DNA of 64,000 nt from Alphaproteobacteria bacterium (GTDB lineage: Bacteria; Pseudomonadota; Alphaproteobacteria; UBA9219; RFNS01): positions 42,416-106,415 of the forward strand of contig JBBCGY010000001.1 in the NCBI GenBank assembly GCA_037200005.1, in the 5' to 3' direction. Positions 46,025 to 55,270 of this stretch are shown here, one piece after another. Every line of letters begins with the position of its first letter. Position 1 is the first letter of the stretch. The notes under the pieces were generated by a model. That model worked only from the letters and a program-made list of their open reading frames with translations, was not told the origin of the DNA and searched no databases. The translations under genes were made by a program, and so were the position numbers.

Positions 46025-46639
46025 TCAGTCAGCGCGCAAACGATAGCCGAAACGCACCTTCGCCGTCGCGTTTTCGGAACATTGCCCGGCGGCGGTGCCG
46101 ATGATCGCGGTCGGGTTGGGCGGCAAAGCGGTGATTGGGGCGTCATTGATCGAAGCCGCGGCAAGTCCGCGGGAAATTTCGCCCGGTGCTGTCGCTTTCA
46201 AGACCAGCGCGGCGCAGGCGGCAGGCGGCAGATTCAGGTAATCGACGGTGTATTGGAACGCTTCGGGCGCATCGCATCCCGCCGCGCCGGTTCCCGCCAC
46301 CGTTCCGCGCGTTACCGTCACCGCCGTGCCCCAGGGGCTGGAGATGTTATTCGCCTGCAGCATTTCGCGCGGGATGAGGGGCGGATTGATCGCCGTCAGC
46401 GTCGCCGTCAAATCGCCGGTCGCGGCGATGCAGGGCCGCTCCTGGTAATAAGTGCGGATATTCTTGTTGATAACGAGGAGTTGCTCGCCGGTCTGCTGAA
46501 GTTTTACCGAATCGCGCGTGCTGACGATCACCAGCCATACGCCGCCGAGAATTACGCCCGCGACCCCGAACACGATGGCAAGCTCGATGAGCGTCACCCC
46601 GGCGCAGAACTTTCTGGCTCTTAATCGATGCTGTTTCAT
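46025..46639 (-). CDS. type IVb prepilin-like protein (N-terminal methylation motif)
   Basis: leader MKQHRLRARKFCAG followed by 'VTLIELAIVFGVAGVILGG' hydrophobic alpha1 segment; C-terminal Cys pair. Confidence 0.7.
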   Translation of the reverse strand: MKQHRLRARKFCAGVTLIELAIVFGVAGVILGGVWLVIVSTRDSVKLQQTGEQLLVINKNIRTYYQERPCIAATGDLTATLTAINPPLIPREMLQANNISSPWGTAVTVTRGTVAGTGAAGCDAPEAFQYTVDYLNLPPAACAALVLKATAPGEISRGLAAASINDAPITALPPNPTAIIGTAAGQCSENATAKVRFGYRLRAD

Positions 46640-47304
46640 GACGGATTCAGCCTGAAGGCAAAATAAAGACGGTTGGCATTGGCGCTGGTGCAACTGGCGG
46701 CGAGCCAGGTAGGCGTAGGCGGCATAGGAGTGGCAATCGCGCCGGGAATGGCGGCGTCTCCCGTATCGACGCCGATACCGACCAAACCGACCTGATCCAT
46801 GACCCCCAACAATTTAGTGCCCAGATCGATGCATGCGGCTTGCGGCAGATTGCGCAGCATAATCGTAATGCCATAGCGGGGATTCACGTTGCCGAAGGCA
46901 TTGGCGACGGGGGAAGCGGACACGCAAATCGTACCGTCGCCGCAAATCGATCCCGCGCCGTCGGAACTCCAGGGATGGGCGAAATAGCAGGGCGCTCCCA
47001 GACCGCAAGTCTTCGGATCGGCATCGGGCGTCAATTTGGTTTCGGCGGGAAATACATCTTTCCTCGCGACCCTTTGCGTGAAAAGAATATAGTCCTCATC
47101 CGGCAAGATCGCCGCATTCGTATAAGCGTCGCGGACATTTTCCACGATCTGCTGCAATTGATCGACGGCGCGGTTGATGTTGTGATGATGGGCCACGGCG
47201 CGCGCGCCGAGCCATATGGCGCCCGCCAGCATGCCCGCCACGCCCAGCACGATCGCAAGCTCGATAAGGTTGAACCCGCGCTGTCGATGCGGCATGCGGC
47301 GCAT
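46636..47304 (-). CDS. type IVb prepilin-like protein
   Basis: leader MRRMPHRQRG then FNLIELAIVLGVAGML; paralogous architecture to neighbours ('NLPQAACIDLGTKL' vs 'NLPPAACAALVLK' vs 'NLPVDVCIALASR'). Confidence 0.7.
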   Translation of the reverse strand: MRRMPHRQRGFNLIELAIVLGVAGMLAGAIWLGARAVAHHHNINRAVDQLQQIVENVRDAYTNAAILPDEDYILFTQRVARKDVFPAETKLTPDADPKTCGLGAPCYFAHPWSSDGAGSICGDGTICVSASPVANAFGNVNPRYGITIMLRNLPQAACIDLGTKLLGVMDQVGLVGIGVDTGDAAIPGAIATPMPPTPTWLAASCTSANANRLYFAFRLNPS

Positions 47305-47325
47305 TGTCCGTTCTCCATTCCCTGA

Positions 47326-48003
47326 TTACCGCAGCATAAACGCCCATTCCAGCGTCACCAGACCGCCCGCCGCCGCATTCTGGCATTCCGTGACCGCCTG
47401 CGTCGGATTAACCGGCAGGCTGGTCCCATTCGCCCACACCGTTCCCGCCGCCGTATAGGCCGTCCCGGCAGGGCCGCCGAATAGAACCGCCCGCAGCATC
47501 ATTTTCTGATCCGGCGCGGAGATGCGCGACGCGAGCGCGATACAAACGTCAACCGGCAAATTGGCATAACGCACGCCAAAACTTGTTTCGCCCGGCGCGG
47601 CGGCGGCGGCCGTATTCAGATCCTTGTCCATCGGCTCGACGACAACCGCTCCCCAATCATTGGCGGGCGGAGTGCCGGGCACGCCGCCGATCATGTCGCT
47701 CGGAAAAGCGCCCTGGCAGCTCAATTTGGCCGTCAAATCCGCAGGATTGCAGCCGCCAATCGGGCTGTTGTCATGATAAATTCCCCGCTGGCTGGTATAA
47801 ATGCCGCGCACATTGGCGACAATTTCGAACAGCTGTTCGCCCGCCTTGTTGATGGAAGTGGAGCGGCTCACCCGGCCCGCCGCGAACATAATCCCGGCGA
47901 CGACCATTCCAGCGACGCCCAGCACGATGGCGGCCTCGACCAAAGAGAAGCCGGAGAATGAGCGGCCCCGCCTTCTGTTTTTTTCTCTCCGGCTAAAATC
48001 CAC
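47326..48003 (-). CDS. type IVb prepilin-like protein
   Basis: leader ...RSFSG then FSLVEAAIVLGVAGMV. Confidence 0.7.
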   Translation of the reverse strand: MDFSRREKNRRRGRSFSGFSLVEAAIVLGVAGMVVAGIMFAAGRVSRSTSINKAGEQLFEIVANVRGIYTSQRGIYHDNSPIGGCNPADLTAKLSCQGAFPSDMIGGVPGTPPANDWGAVVVEPMDKDLNTAAAAAPGETSFGVRYANLPVDVCIALASRISAPDQKMMLRAVLFGGPAGTAYTAAGTVWANGTSLPVNPTQAVTECQNAAAGGLVTLEWAFMLR

Positions 48004-49084
48004 TGCCGCCGCCCTTGCTCGAGTCGCTGATGACCACGGTGATATGCAGGATCGAGCTCATGGCGAAGGCGATGACGGTGCCGACCACGGCGAGGCCGAT
48101 ATTCCGCACCACCACCGACTGCGCCTTAAGCTCGTCGATCTGCTCCCTGATCCATTCCTGGGTCACTTCCTCGATCACCGAGCCGATATCGCCGCGCTCG
48201 GAGAGAATTTCCATGTCGAGCGCGACCTGCGGATCGGGGAAACCGTAATTGCCCTGGCGCAGCGCCTCGCCGAGATTCTTGCCCTGCAGCACCGCTTCGA
48301 CTGCCGACGCGATCCGCTCCTTGATCCAGGGATTGCCCTGCTGTTCCAGGATTTCCAGCGCGCGGCGCAGCGGCACCTGCGCGCCCATGAGCGCCGAAAG
48401 GCCGAGCATGAAGCCGCTGCCCTGCCAGATGCGGAACCACGACCAGGGCGGATATTTATCGAACTTCGCCCGCGTCTTGCCCCTCCAGAACGGCATCGTG
48501 ACCGAAGTGATGACGGCGAGCGTGCCGATCGACAAAAGAATGGCGATGCCCCATTTCATGATGAAATCCGACACGTCGGCGAGCGGCCCGATCGATTCCA
48601 GCACCGCTTTCGGCGCGTTCTTGCGCATATTCTGGATCAGGTTGACGCCGAACATCCACAAGACGCCAGAAATCAGGATGATCATGAAGGCGGGATAGGT
48701 GATCGCCTGCATGACGGCGGTGCGCATTTCCTTGGCGCTCTCGCCCATCATCATGATGGAACGCAGCGACTTCGCCACGGTGCCCGATTCTTCCCCGGCG
48801 CGGAGCATGTATAATTCCGCCGACGGCACCCATCCGGCCATCGCCTGCGAAAGCGAATCTCCCGCCCGGTCGCGCTGCAGCCATTCGCGCAGCGCCATCG
48901 CCGCGGGGCGATTCGGGTATTTGCCCATCTCGCTGGAATTGTACCAAAGCCGCTCCAAGGCGCGCGACAGCGCCTCGTTCATCGCCAGCATGCCCTGAAG
49001 CTTGCGATAGACGCGAAAGCGCATCTTCGTGTTGCTGCGGAATTTCCACATGGCGTAGGAGCGTGAGAACTCTGCGCTATTCAT
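47993..49084 (-). CDS. type IV pilus / T2SS inner-membrane platform protein (GspF/PilC family; R64 PilR-like)
   Basis: 363 aa, two GspF-type repeats with TM segments; start ATG forms ATGA overlap with the ATPase stop. Confidence 0.8.
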   Translation of the reverse strand: MNSAEFSRSYAMWKFRSNTKMRFRVYRKLQGMLAMNEALSRALERLWYNSSEMGKYPNRPAAMALREWLQRDRAGDSLSQAMAGWVPSAELYMLRAGEESGTVAKSLRSIMMMGESAKEMRTAVMQAITYPAFMIILISGVLWMFGVNLIQNMRKNAPKAVLESIGPLADVSDFIMKWGIAILLSIGTLAVITSVTMPFWRGKTRAKFDKYPPWSWFRIWQGSGFMLGLSALMGAQVPLRRALEILEQQGNPWIKERIASAVEAVLQGKNLGEALRQGNYGFPDPQVALDMEILSERGDIGSVIEEVTQEWIREQIDELKAQSVVVRNIGLAVVGTVIAFAMSSILHITVVISDSSKGGGSGF

Positions 49085-51009
49085 CGCCATACACCGAGGC
49101 GCTGCTCGACTTCGGCGATCTCGCGTTCGCGGGCGAGCGGCCCGACCTCGACTTCGGCGTCGGCGGGAGAAACTTCGCCGCGGCGGATTTTTTCGAGAGC
49201 GTGCCAGGCCATCGTGATGCCATTCAGCCCATGGGGCGAAAGCCAGTATTCCTCGGCCTCGATGATCTTGCCCTCCTGGAGCAGATTCATCAGCTTGATA
49301 TCGGTTTCCGCTACCTCGGCGCAAACTGTGCGCCCGCTGCGCCCCTTGAAGCATTTCGGGCAGCCGTCGGGATTGGCGACGTAAATCTGGCTCATGTCAG
49401 GCTCCTCGATCCGGTCGAGGGCGGGCTGTCCCGGATCGGCCTTCATGCGGCGCGCGATCATCAGCGCGAGGCCGGTCCGCACCCGGCGCGCGAGGTCTTC
49501 GTAATCCGGCCCGAACTGCTTGGGCGCTTCCTTGATCGGAACGCGGCAAGAGGGGCACAGGCCCTTGAGCAGCCTTTGGCAGAACATGCCGCACAGCAGA
49601 TGCGGATCATAAATCAGATAAGGCTCGATGCCGAGATCGAGCAGGCGGCGCGGCACGGCGATCGCCGAATAGACGTGCAGCGTCGTGTAAATCTGCCGCC
49701 CGGAAAGCGCCAGGCGGAAGGCGAATTTGGCGGTCTGGATGTCGCGGATTTCGCCGAGCATGACGATGTCGGGATCGAGGCGCAGGGCGCTGCGCATCAC
49801 TTCCGAAAAGCTTTTCTCGCGCTGCTCTTCCTTGACTGACGCGGACACGCCGATCTGGCTCGCGCCCATCACGCCGCCTTCCGGCGGGTCTTCGATCAGA
49901 TAGCATTTGCGGTCGAAATTGGTTTCCACCATGCGCCGGTTGAGCATCACGCGCAGCGTCGTGGTCTTGCCTTGGTTCACCGGGCCGGAAAATATCCGCA
50001 TGCCGCCGGGCAGGCTGCGCAGGAAGCGCACCGTCTTGAGCTGTTCCTGGGAAAAGCCGATCGAATCGACATCCGCCATGGCGAAATTCTCGCCGAACAG
50101 ATGCGCCGAGTCATATTGCAGGCGCATATTGAGATAGCGCCCCCCGTCCGACAGCGGCACCCACTGGCAGCGCATCGACGGCACGCCGATCGGAAGCTGG
50201 ACGGATTCCTGACCGCCGGTTCCGGCCAGCATCGCCGCCTGCGGCTCGAGCCAGTTGGCGGTCGCGCCCGACTGGCCGATCGAATGCGAATAGACGGCGG
50301 ACAGAACCTGCTCGCCTTCGCGCTGAGTCCAGGTTTCCCACAGGCGCAGCGCGCCATCGACGCGGAACTCCACCTTGGCGCGGCCGCCCGCCGCCTCGAT
50401 GTGAATGTCGTTGGCGCCCATGTCGGCGGCCTGCTGGATCATCTCGACGATCTTGCGCCTGACGGCATTGTCGTCGAGGCGAACCATCGCCGCCTGGCGC
50501 TCGGCATAGGCATAGGCCTGCTGCACGATATTCGGGGTGACGTAATGCGGCTCGTCGACTTTATAGCCTTGCCGCCGCGCCTGCAGCGCCACCGAAGTGA
50601 CGAGCGGCGAATTGCGGTGCGCGGCGCTGACCAGCCACATGCCGTTATCGAACAGCGCGCAGAAATTGCGCGACTCGGCAGTGATTTTGAGCGTGCTGCC
50701 CTCGACGGTCAGCACCAGGCCGGTGAATTTCAGCGCCCCGGACAGCGCCATCGAGCGCTCGTCAACGATCTTGATCTGCTGCTGCGCCGCAATGGCGGTT
50801 TTGGCCGCGTTATCCGCGCCCGAGGACGCCGCCTTGCCCTGCGCGGACGGCGCTTGATCGGGGGATGGCGGGGCTTCCGGCGGAGGGGACGGCGGCGCAA
50901 CGGCTCCCTTGGCCGGCGCGGTCAGCTCTCCGGACTTCGGCGCTGGTTTCGACGCCTCCGGTGCCTTATTGATAAGTTTGCGGGTGCGGTCGGCGAGATC
51001 GGACAGCAT
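49081..51009 (-). CDS. type IV pilus assembly ATPase (GspE/PilB family; R64 PilQ/TcpT/BfpD-like)
   Basis: Walker A 'GPVNQGKTTT', 'YLIEDPPE', Walker B 'DPDIVMLGEIRD', His box, tetracysteine 'CPSC...CPKC'; Pro/Ala-rich N-terminus. Confidence 0.9.
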   Translation of the reverse strand: MLSDLADRTRKLINKAPEASKPAPKSGELTAPAKGAVAPPSPPPEAPPSPDQAPSAQGKAASSGADNAAKTAIAAQQQIKIVDERSMALSGALKFTGLVLTVEGSTLKITAESRNFCALFDNGMWLVSAAHRNSPLVTSVALQARRQGYKVDEPHYVTPNIVQQAYAYAERQAAMVRLDDNAVRRKIVEMIQQAADMGANDIHIEAAGGRAKVEFRVDGALRLWETWTQREGEQVLSAVYSHSIGQSGATANWLEPQAAMLAGTGGQESVQLPIGVPSMRCQWVPLSDGGRYLNMRLQYDSAHLFGENFAMADVDSIGFSQEQLKTVRFLRSLPGGMRIFSGPVNQGKTTTLRVMLNRRMVETNFDRKCYLIEDPPEGGVMGASQIGVSASVKEEQREKSFSEVMRSALRLDPDIVMLGEIRDIQTAKFAFRLALSGRQIYTTLHVYSAIAVPRRLLDLGIEPYLIYDPHLLCGMFCQRLLKGLCPSCRVPIKEAPKQFGPDYEDLARRVRTGLALMIARRMKADPGQPALDRIEEPDMSQIYVANPDGCPKCFKGRSGRTVCAEVAETDIKLMNLLQEGKIIEAEEYWLSPHGLNGITMAWHALEKIRRGEVSPADAEVEVGPLAREREIAEVEQRLGVWR

Positions 51010-51015
51010 AATATC

Positions 51016-51855
51016 TCACGGCGCCCCGCGCCCATGGCTTAAAGCGCCGGCATTGTCGATGCGAAGGCTGTGCTCGTTTTTATCGCCCGGAGATTTAAGT
51101 TGAACCGTCGTGGCGTCGATGAGCTGGACTTCGGTGCCATCGGCGAGCTTGTCGCCGGCGCGCACATTGATCGTCTTGCCGTCCTGCGCAGAATCCAGAT
51201 CGGCGCTGTATCTTCCGCCGGCGCCGACGATCTTGTGCACTTCATAATCCGCGGGCGAAACGGCCGATGGCGTCCGGCGCGGCGCGGAAGCCGAGGCAAG
51301 CTCGGTCACCGGCACGGCCAGAGAGGCCTTTTGCATTCCCCTGGGCATTTTCGTGACGCCGGAGGGCAGCATGGCGCCGACTTCGCTCGCCATGTCGTCC
51401 CCGCCCTCGCGCTTGGCGCGAGCTTTTTCGAGATCATGCATTTTCTGCTCGAGTTCCAGCAGAAGATCGAGGCGCGCCAGCGCTGCGCGCGCCTGATTCA
51501 TGTCTTCGAGGCTGAGATCGATTTTTCCCGTCTCGAGCTTTTTCATCACGCTTTTAACCTGATCGGGAATTTCCTTGTCTTCGCCGGTCCCATCAGTCGC
51601 ACTAGCCGAAGCGGCTTTGGTTTCCTCGGTCGTCCCTACTCCCGGGCCGCCGGGAGGATGGGCGAGATTGATTCCGCCGCCGGGCTGTCCCGCCTGCGCG
51701 GGGATCGATGGCGCGGCCGATGATGCGGCGCCCGTCATGGCAGCGGTATGGGCGACGGCGAGATCGGTTACGGTCGTTTGGGCAAAAGCCATGGAAGACG
51801 CGGCGCCGAGGGCCAGCACAAAGGCCGGAAACCAAGATCTAAAGGCAATTCTCAT
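51016..51855 (-). CDS. periplasmic pilus-assembly accessory protein (PilP-like), signal peptide
   Basis: signal peptide MRIAFRSWFPAFVLALGAASSMAFA; operon position between the ATPase and PilO-like genes. Confidence 0.4.
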   Translation of the reverse strand: MRIAFRSWFPAFVLALGAASSMAFAQTTVTDLAVAHTAAMTGAASSAAPSIPAQAGQPGGGINLAHPPGGPGVGTTEETKAASASATDGTGEDKEIPDQVKSVMKKLETGKIDLSLEDMNQARAALARLDLLLELEQKMHDLEKARAKREGGDDMASEVGAMLPSGVTKMPRGMQKASLAVPVTELASASAPRRTPSAVSPADYEVHKIVGAGGRYSADLDSAQDGKTINVRAGDKLADGTEVQLIDATTVQLKSPGDKNEHSLRIDNAGALSHGRGAP

Positions 51856-52129
51856 CCTACACTCCTTCGACCAGCCAGGGATCGTCCGATCGGTCAAACT
51901 TCTGATAAAGCCCCCAGGATCGGAGGCCCCATACCTAATCTGGGAAGTCGGTTCATCATCGGCGAATAGGGTTAAGTTCCCGTAAACATAGGCTTTATGA
52001 ACCTCGTGCCATTAACGAATGGTTATCGCCCTGCGGCAAGGCGTCAGTTTTGAAATCGGGCATGGAGGGGGATTGGCCTTCATGTCGGCCTAGACGCGGC
52101 GCGGCGCGGCGGCAGGGCGACAAAAAGCG

Positions 52130-53386
52130 TTATTTTCTGTTTTCGTAGATCACGCCGCTGATCTGCCAGCTTCCGCTCTGCGAGACGATGCTGTTGATGA
52201 TAACGCCGGGAACGCCGCCGAAATATTGCGGCAATTCGCCTGGTAAATCGGTAACCTTCAGCGTGAATCCGCGCTTGATCCAGGGCGTAGGCGGCGGATT
52301 CCAGTCTTCCGGCCGCACATTTTCCGGTTTCGGCGGCGGCGGATCGTCAGGCAGGCGCGAAATCGTGCCGTTCCAGTTCTGCGCCAGATAGCGTTTGGTG
52401 ATTTCCGCCGGATCGATCAAATCCTGGGGGCCGCGATTTTTCAGGCCCTCGATCGGCACGCCGCGCGAAGCGTTCGACCCCGATGGATCGATGGAGGCAT
52501 CGGCAAGGGGCTGAGTGTAGCCGACGATGCGGGTCCATGACAGCGACAGGCCGCCCTTCGCGCAACTTAATGTGCTAAGATTCCATCCCAGCCTCGCCTG
52601 CGGCACCTTGTCCAGCGCGACGCGGCACGCCTCTATCAATTCCAGAGGATGAGGCTCATCCTCCCAGAACCGCTTCGGCGGCGGATACGCGATCTGAATC
52701 GGACCGCCGAGACCCGCCGCTTTCATTTCGATCGCACGCTTCTGGGCCTCGATCCTGATCAATTCCCTTTGCGCTTCCTGCGCTTTTTCTTCCTGGTATT
52801 GGTAATACCAGAATCCCGCGATACCCAATACGACGACGAGCGCCGTGACGGCCACGCCGATAAGGATCGCGCGCGGTATCTTGACCGGCTGCAAGGGGCA
52901 GTCGCCGCGATTTTGCAGCACGAAGGGAAGCGCGACCGTTTCCGAAGCGGGAATCGACCATGCTTCAGGAGCATAGATGCGCTGCAGGCCGCCAAGCGTG
53001 ACTTCCTGGATAAGACGGTCGCGGGCGCTGGCGTCATCGAGATATATCTGGTCACCGTCCGGCGCGATCAAATCGTCGCGCACCACGATGACCACGATGC
53101 CTTCGCTTAACTTGAAGGCGCCCGCCCATGAACCCGGCAGCCGGTTGGCAAGCGACGCGGCCAAGGTCGCCATGCCGAGCTTGTGGCCGGATTGCTGAAG
53201 CCCCAGACCGAACTGGGCGACGCGGCCGCCCTTGACGCCGGGACGCACCGCAAAAAAGTCGGCGTGCTGGCCCGGCTGGCGCGCCGCCTCTTTAGCCGCT
53301 TGCGCGACACGGCCGCTCGGCGAAGGCTGCCAATAGAGGCCGACCGCGTATTTGCGCCGTCCGACTGTCGCGACGCCAGATCCCAT
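52130..53386 (-). CDS. bitopic membrane pilus-assembly protein (R64 PilO-like)
   Basis: 418 aa with a single central TM 'AILIGVAVTALVVVLGIAGFWYY'; size and position match PilO of IncI thin-pilus operons. Confidence 0.45.
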   Translation of the reverse strand: MGSGVATVGRRKYAVGLYWQPSPSGRVAQAAKEAARQPGQHADFFAVRPGVKGGRVAQFGLGLQQSGHKLGMATLAASLANRLPGSWAGAFKLSEGIVVIVVRDDLIAPDGDQIYLDDASARDRLIQEVTLGGLQRIYAPEAWSIPASETVALPFVLQNRGDCPLQPVKIPRAILIGVAVTALVVVLGIAGFWYYQYQEEKAQEAQRELIRIEAQKRAIEMKAAGLGGPIQIAYPPPKRFWEDEPHPLELIEACRVALDKVPQARLGWNLSTLSCAKGGLSLSWTRIVGYTQPLADASIDPSGSNASRGVPIEGLKNRGPQDLIDPAEITKRYLAQNWNGTISRLPDDPPPPKPENVRPEDWNPPPTPWIKRGFTLKVTDLPGELPQYFGGVPGVIINSIVSQSGSWQISGVIYENRK

Positions 53387-53388
53387 TA

Positions 53389-53651
53389 GGGTCCAACCTT
53401 AATTAGAATGGGGTTTCGCGCAGGCGAAAAAGCCGCCCGGCTACGAAAAGACAGAAGCAGGTATCGGCGACTACCTGCGAGGTCTTTGAGAACGCCGGTC
53501 GGCTTTTTCGCCGCGCCCCTTGGGTATGCAAAAGAAGGCCGATCTGCGTTGTCGGCTTCGCTCGCCGTAGATTGACTACGGCTTCGCTCGCCTCCTAGCA
53601 TCTCAGCCTTCTTTTGCATACGAAACTCCCATTCTAATTAAGGTTGGACCC
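53389..53651. mobile_element. 263-bp MITE-like element with ~31-bp terminal inverted repeats and TA target-site duplication (Tc1/IS630-like)
   Basis: TIR-L GGGTCCAACCTTAATTAGAATGGGGTTTCG (53389-) vs TIR-R CGAAACTCCCATTCTAATTAAGGTTGGACCC (-53651), 30/31 complementary; flanked by TA on both sides; internal sub-palindromes; no ORF. Confidence 0.6.
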
Positions 53652-55207
53652 TAGGGCTGCTCCGCCGAGGGAACGTCCAGCTCCTGCGGCGTAATGGCGA
53701 TAAGGAGAAGCTGTTTCGTCTTGGAATTGCCGATGCCGCCGCCGAGGAGATAATTATAGGGATTGATGGTTCCCGAGGCCGCTTGGCTGGTTTGATCCTG
53801 GCCGTAACCGGCAAGCACGAGCGTGGAACCGCTGCGCAGCAGGGATTGCTGCACGAAAACCCGGCTCGTGGTTTCCGGCAGCTGCACGCTGCTGGTCCCG
53901 GAGGTGAAGGCGGTGATTCGGACCAGATCGATCAGGTTCAGCGAATATTGCATGAGCACGCGTCCGTCGGCCAGCAGGCGCGGCGTCAGCTGGATCGAAA
54001 AACCTTCGCGCAGCGTGCCGGGCGTCAGCGTCGTGGTCGTCGTGCCGCTGGTTCCGGTCGTCGTCGTGGAGGACGAAGCCAGATAGGCGATATCGCGTCC
54101 GACCCGGCGCGTAATGGTGCGCCCGTTCAGCGTCGTCATCGGGAATTGCGCGACCCGCACATTATGCGAGATCTTCGATATCGCCCGCAGAACCGAGTCC
54201 GCCGACACATTGGCGTTGTCGATGATGCCGATGGTCAGATTGCTGAAATCCGCCACGTTGGTCGCGAAAGCGGGCGCGGCGACGCCGGCGAAGGTGAAGG
54301 GCTTGATGGTCTTCAGCGCCGCCGTGAGCTGGTTGTTGAAATCGTCCTCGTTATCGATCTCGGCGGTGTAAATTTCGACATTGATGGCAAGCTGGCGGAC
54401 AAGCCGCTTGTTTTCCTCGGCGACATAATGCGCTATGCTCTTCATGATTTCAGGCGTCGTCGTCACGGTGATGGTGCCGACCGCGGGCGAAATCACCGCC
54501 GTGCCGGTGCCGCCGAGAATGGAATTCACGGTATTGCCGATCTCGGCCCACATATCGATATCGGCCTTCATTTCGATTTCTTGCTTCAGGCTGTTCGAGC
54601 CGGCTTCCGTGGGGATGGAATCCTCAAATTTGCCCTTGCCGGCCATGACCTCGACCAGAAATACGCGCGTCTCGTAACGGCTGAAAAGAATCGCGCTGCC
54701 GTCATAGCGCCAGTCGACGCCGAACCGCGAACTGGCGTGATCCAGAAGCCCGGAAAGCGGCCCCTCATAAGCGACGCTCATCGTATCGCCGGCATCGGCC
54801 ACGGGAGCGCCCGCGCCGCGGGCGACGACGGGCACTGCCGCGGAAGCGGAAGGGCCGGCCGGAACGCCGGGTCCCAGACGGACCGGAATGCCGGTTTGGC
54901 TGGAAAGCGTCGAGGCGATATCGCCCAGCGACTGCGGCGTGCGCGCGACGAACGTCACGCCCTTCGCCGTCTCATATTTTTCGGGAAGCGGCAGCCCTCT
55001 ATGCAAGCGCACCGCCTGGCTTCCCACCCAAAGCCGGTCGGTCACGACGAGCGGATTGCTTTTGAAGGGAGGCAGGGGCTGCTGGGCGCGGACGAGATTT
55101 TGTTCGACTTGCTGCGCCTTCTGTTCGATTTCCTCGCGTACCGCGCCCGTATCACAAGCGGCGACGGCACAAACAACCGCTACTAAGAACAGGTTCCGCA
55201 GTTTCAT
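53651..55207 (-). CDS. type IVb pilus secretin lipoprotein (R64 PilN / BfpB / TcpC-like)
   Basis: lipobox LFLVAVVCAVAAC; C-terminal secretin-like 'GSTLVLAGYGQD...KTKQLLLIAITPQ'; Thr/Gly-rich linker. Confidence 0.8.
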   Translation of the reverse strand: MKLRNLFLVAVVCAVAACDTGAVREEIEQKAQQVEQNLVRAQQPLPPFKSNPLVVTDRLWVGSQAVRLHRGLPLPEKYETAKGVTFVARTPQSLGDIASTLSSQTGIPVRLGPGVPAGPSASAAVPVVARGAGAPVADAGDTMSVAYEGPLSGLLDHASSRFGVDWRYDGSAILFSRYETRVFLVEVMAGKGKFEDSIPTEAGSNSLKQEIEMKADIDMWAEIGNTVNSILGGTGTAVISPAVGTITVTTTPEIMKSIAHYVAEENKRLVRQLAINVEIYTAEIDNEDDFNNQLTAALKTIKPFTFAGVAAPAFATNVADFSNLTIGIIDNANVSADSVLRAISKISHNVRVAQFPMTTLNGRTITRRVGRDIAYLASSSTTTTGTSGTTTTTLTPGTLREGFSIQLTPRLLADGRVLMQYSLNLIDLVRITAFTSGTSSVQLPETTSRVFVQQSLLRSGSTLVLAGYGQDQTSQAASGTINPYNYLLGGGIGNSKTKQLLLIAITPQELDVPSAEQP

Positions 55208-55270
55208 CATTCTTTCCATCCAAGGCTAATTGAGGCGCGAACCTTATGACTTAATTGTTAACATTGGCTT

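Noticed and set aside
49972-51042. 356-aa plus-strand ORF antisense to the pilus ATPase, and 57442-58725 antisense to the DotB-like ATPase
   Set aside because: Opposite strand has complete Walker A/B, Asp and His boxes. The antisense ORFs lack any motif.
53783-55186. 467-aa plus-strand ORF antisense to the secretin gene, and 55337-56299 antisense to the Pro-rich gene
   Set aside because: Low-complexity Arg/Gly-rich sequence. The minus strand carries lipobox and secretin motifs.
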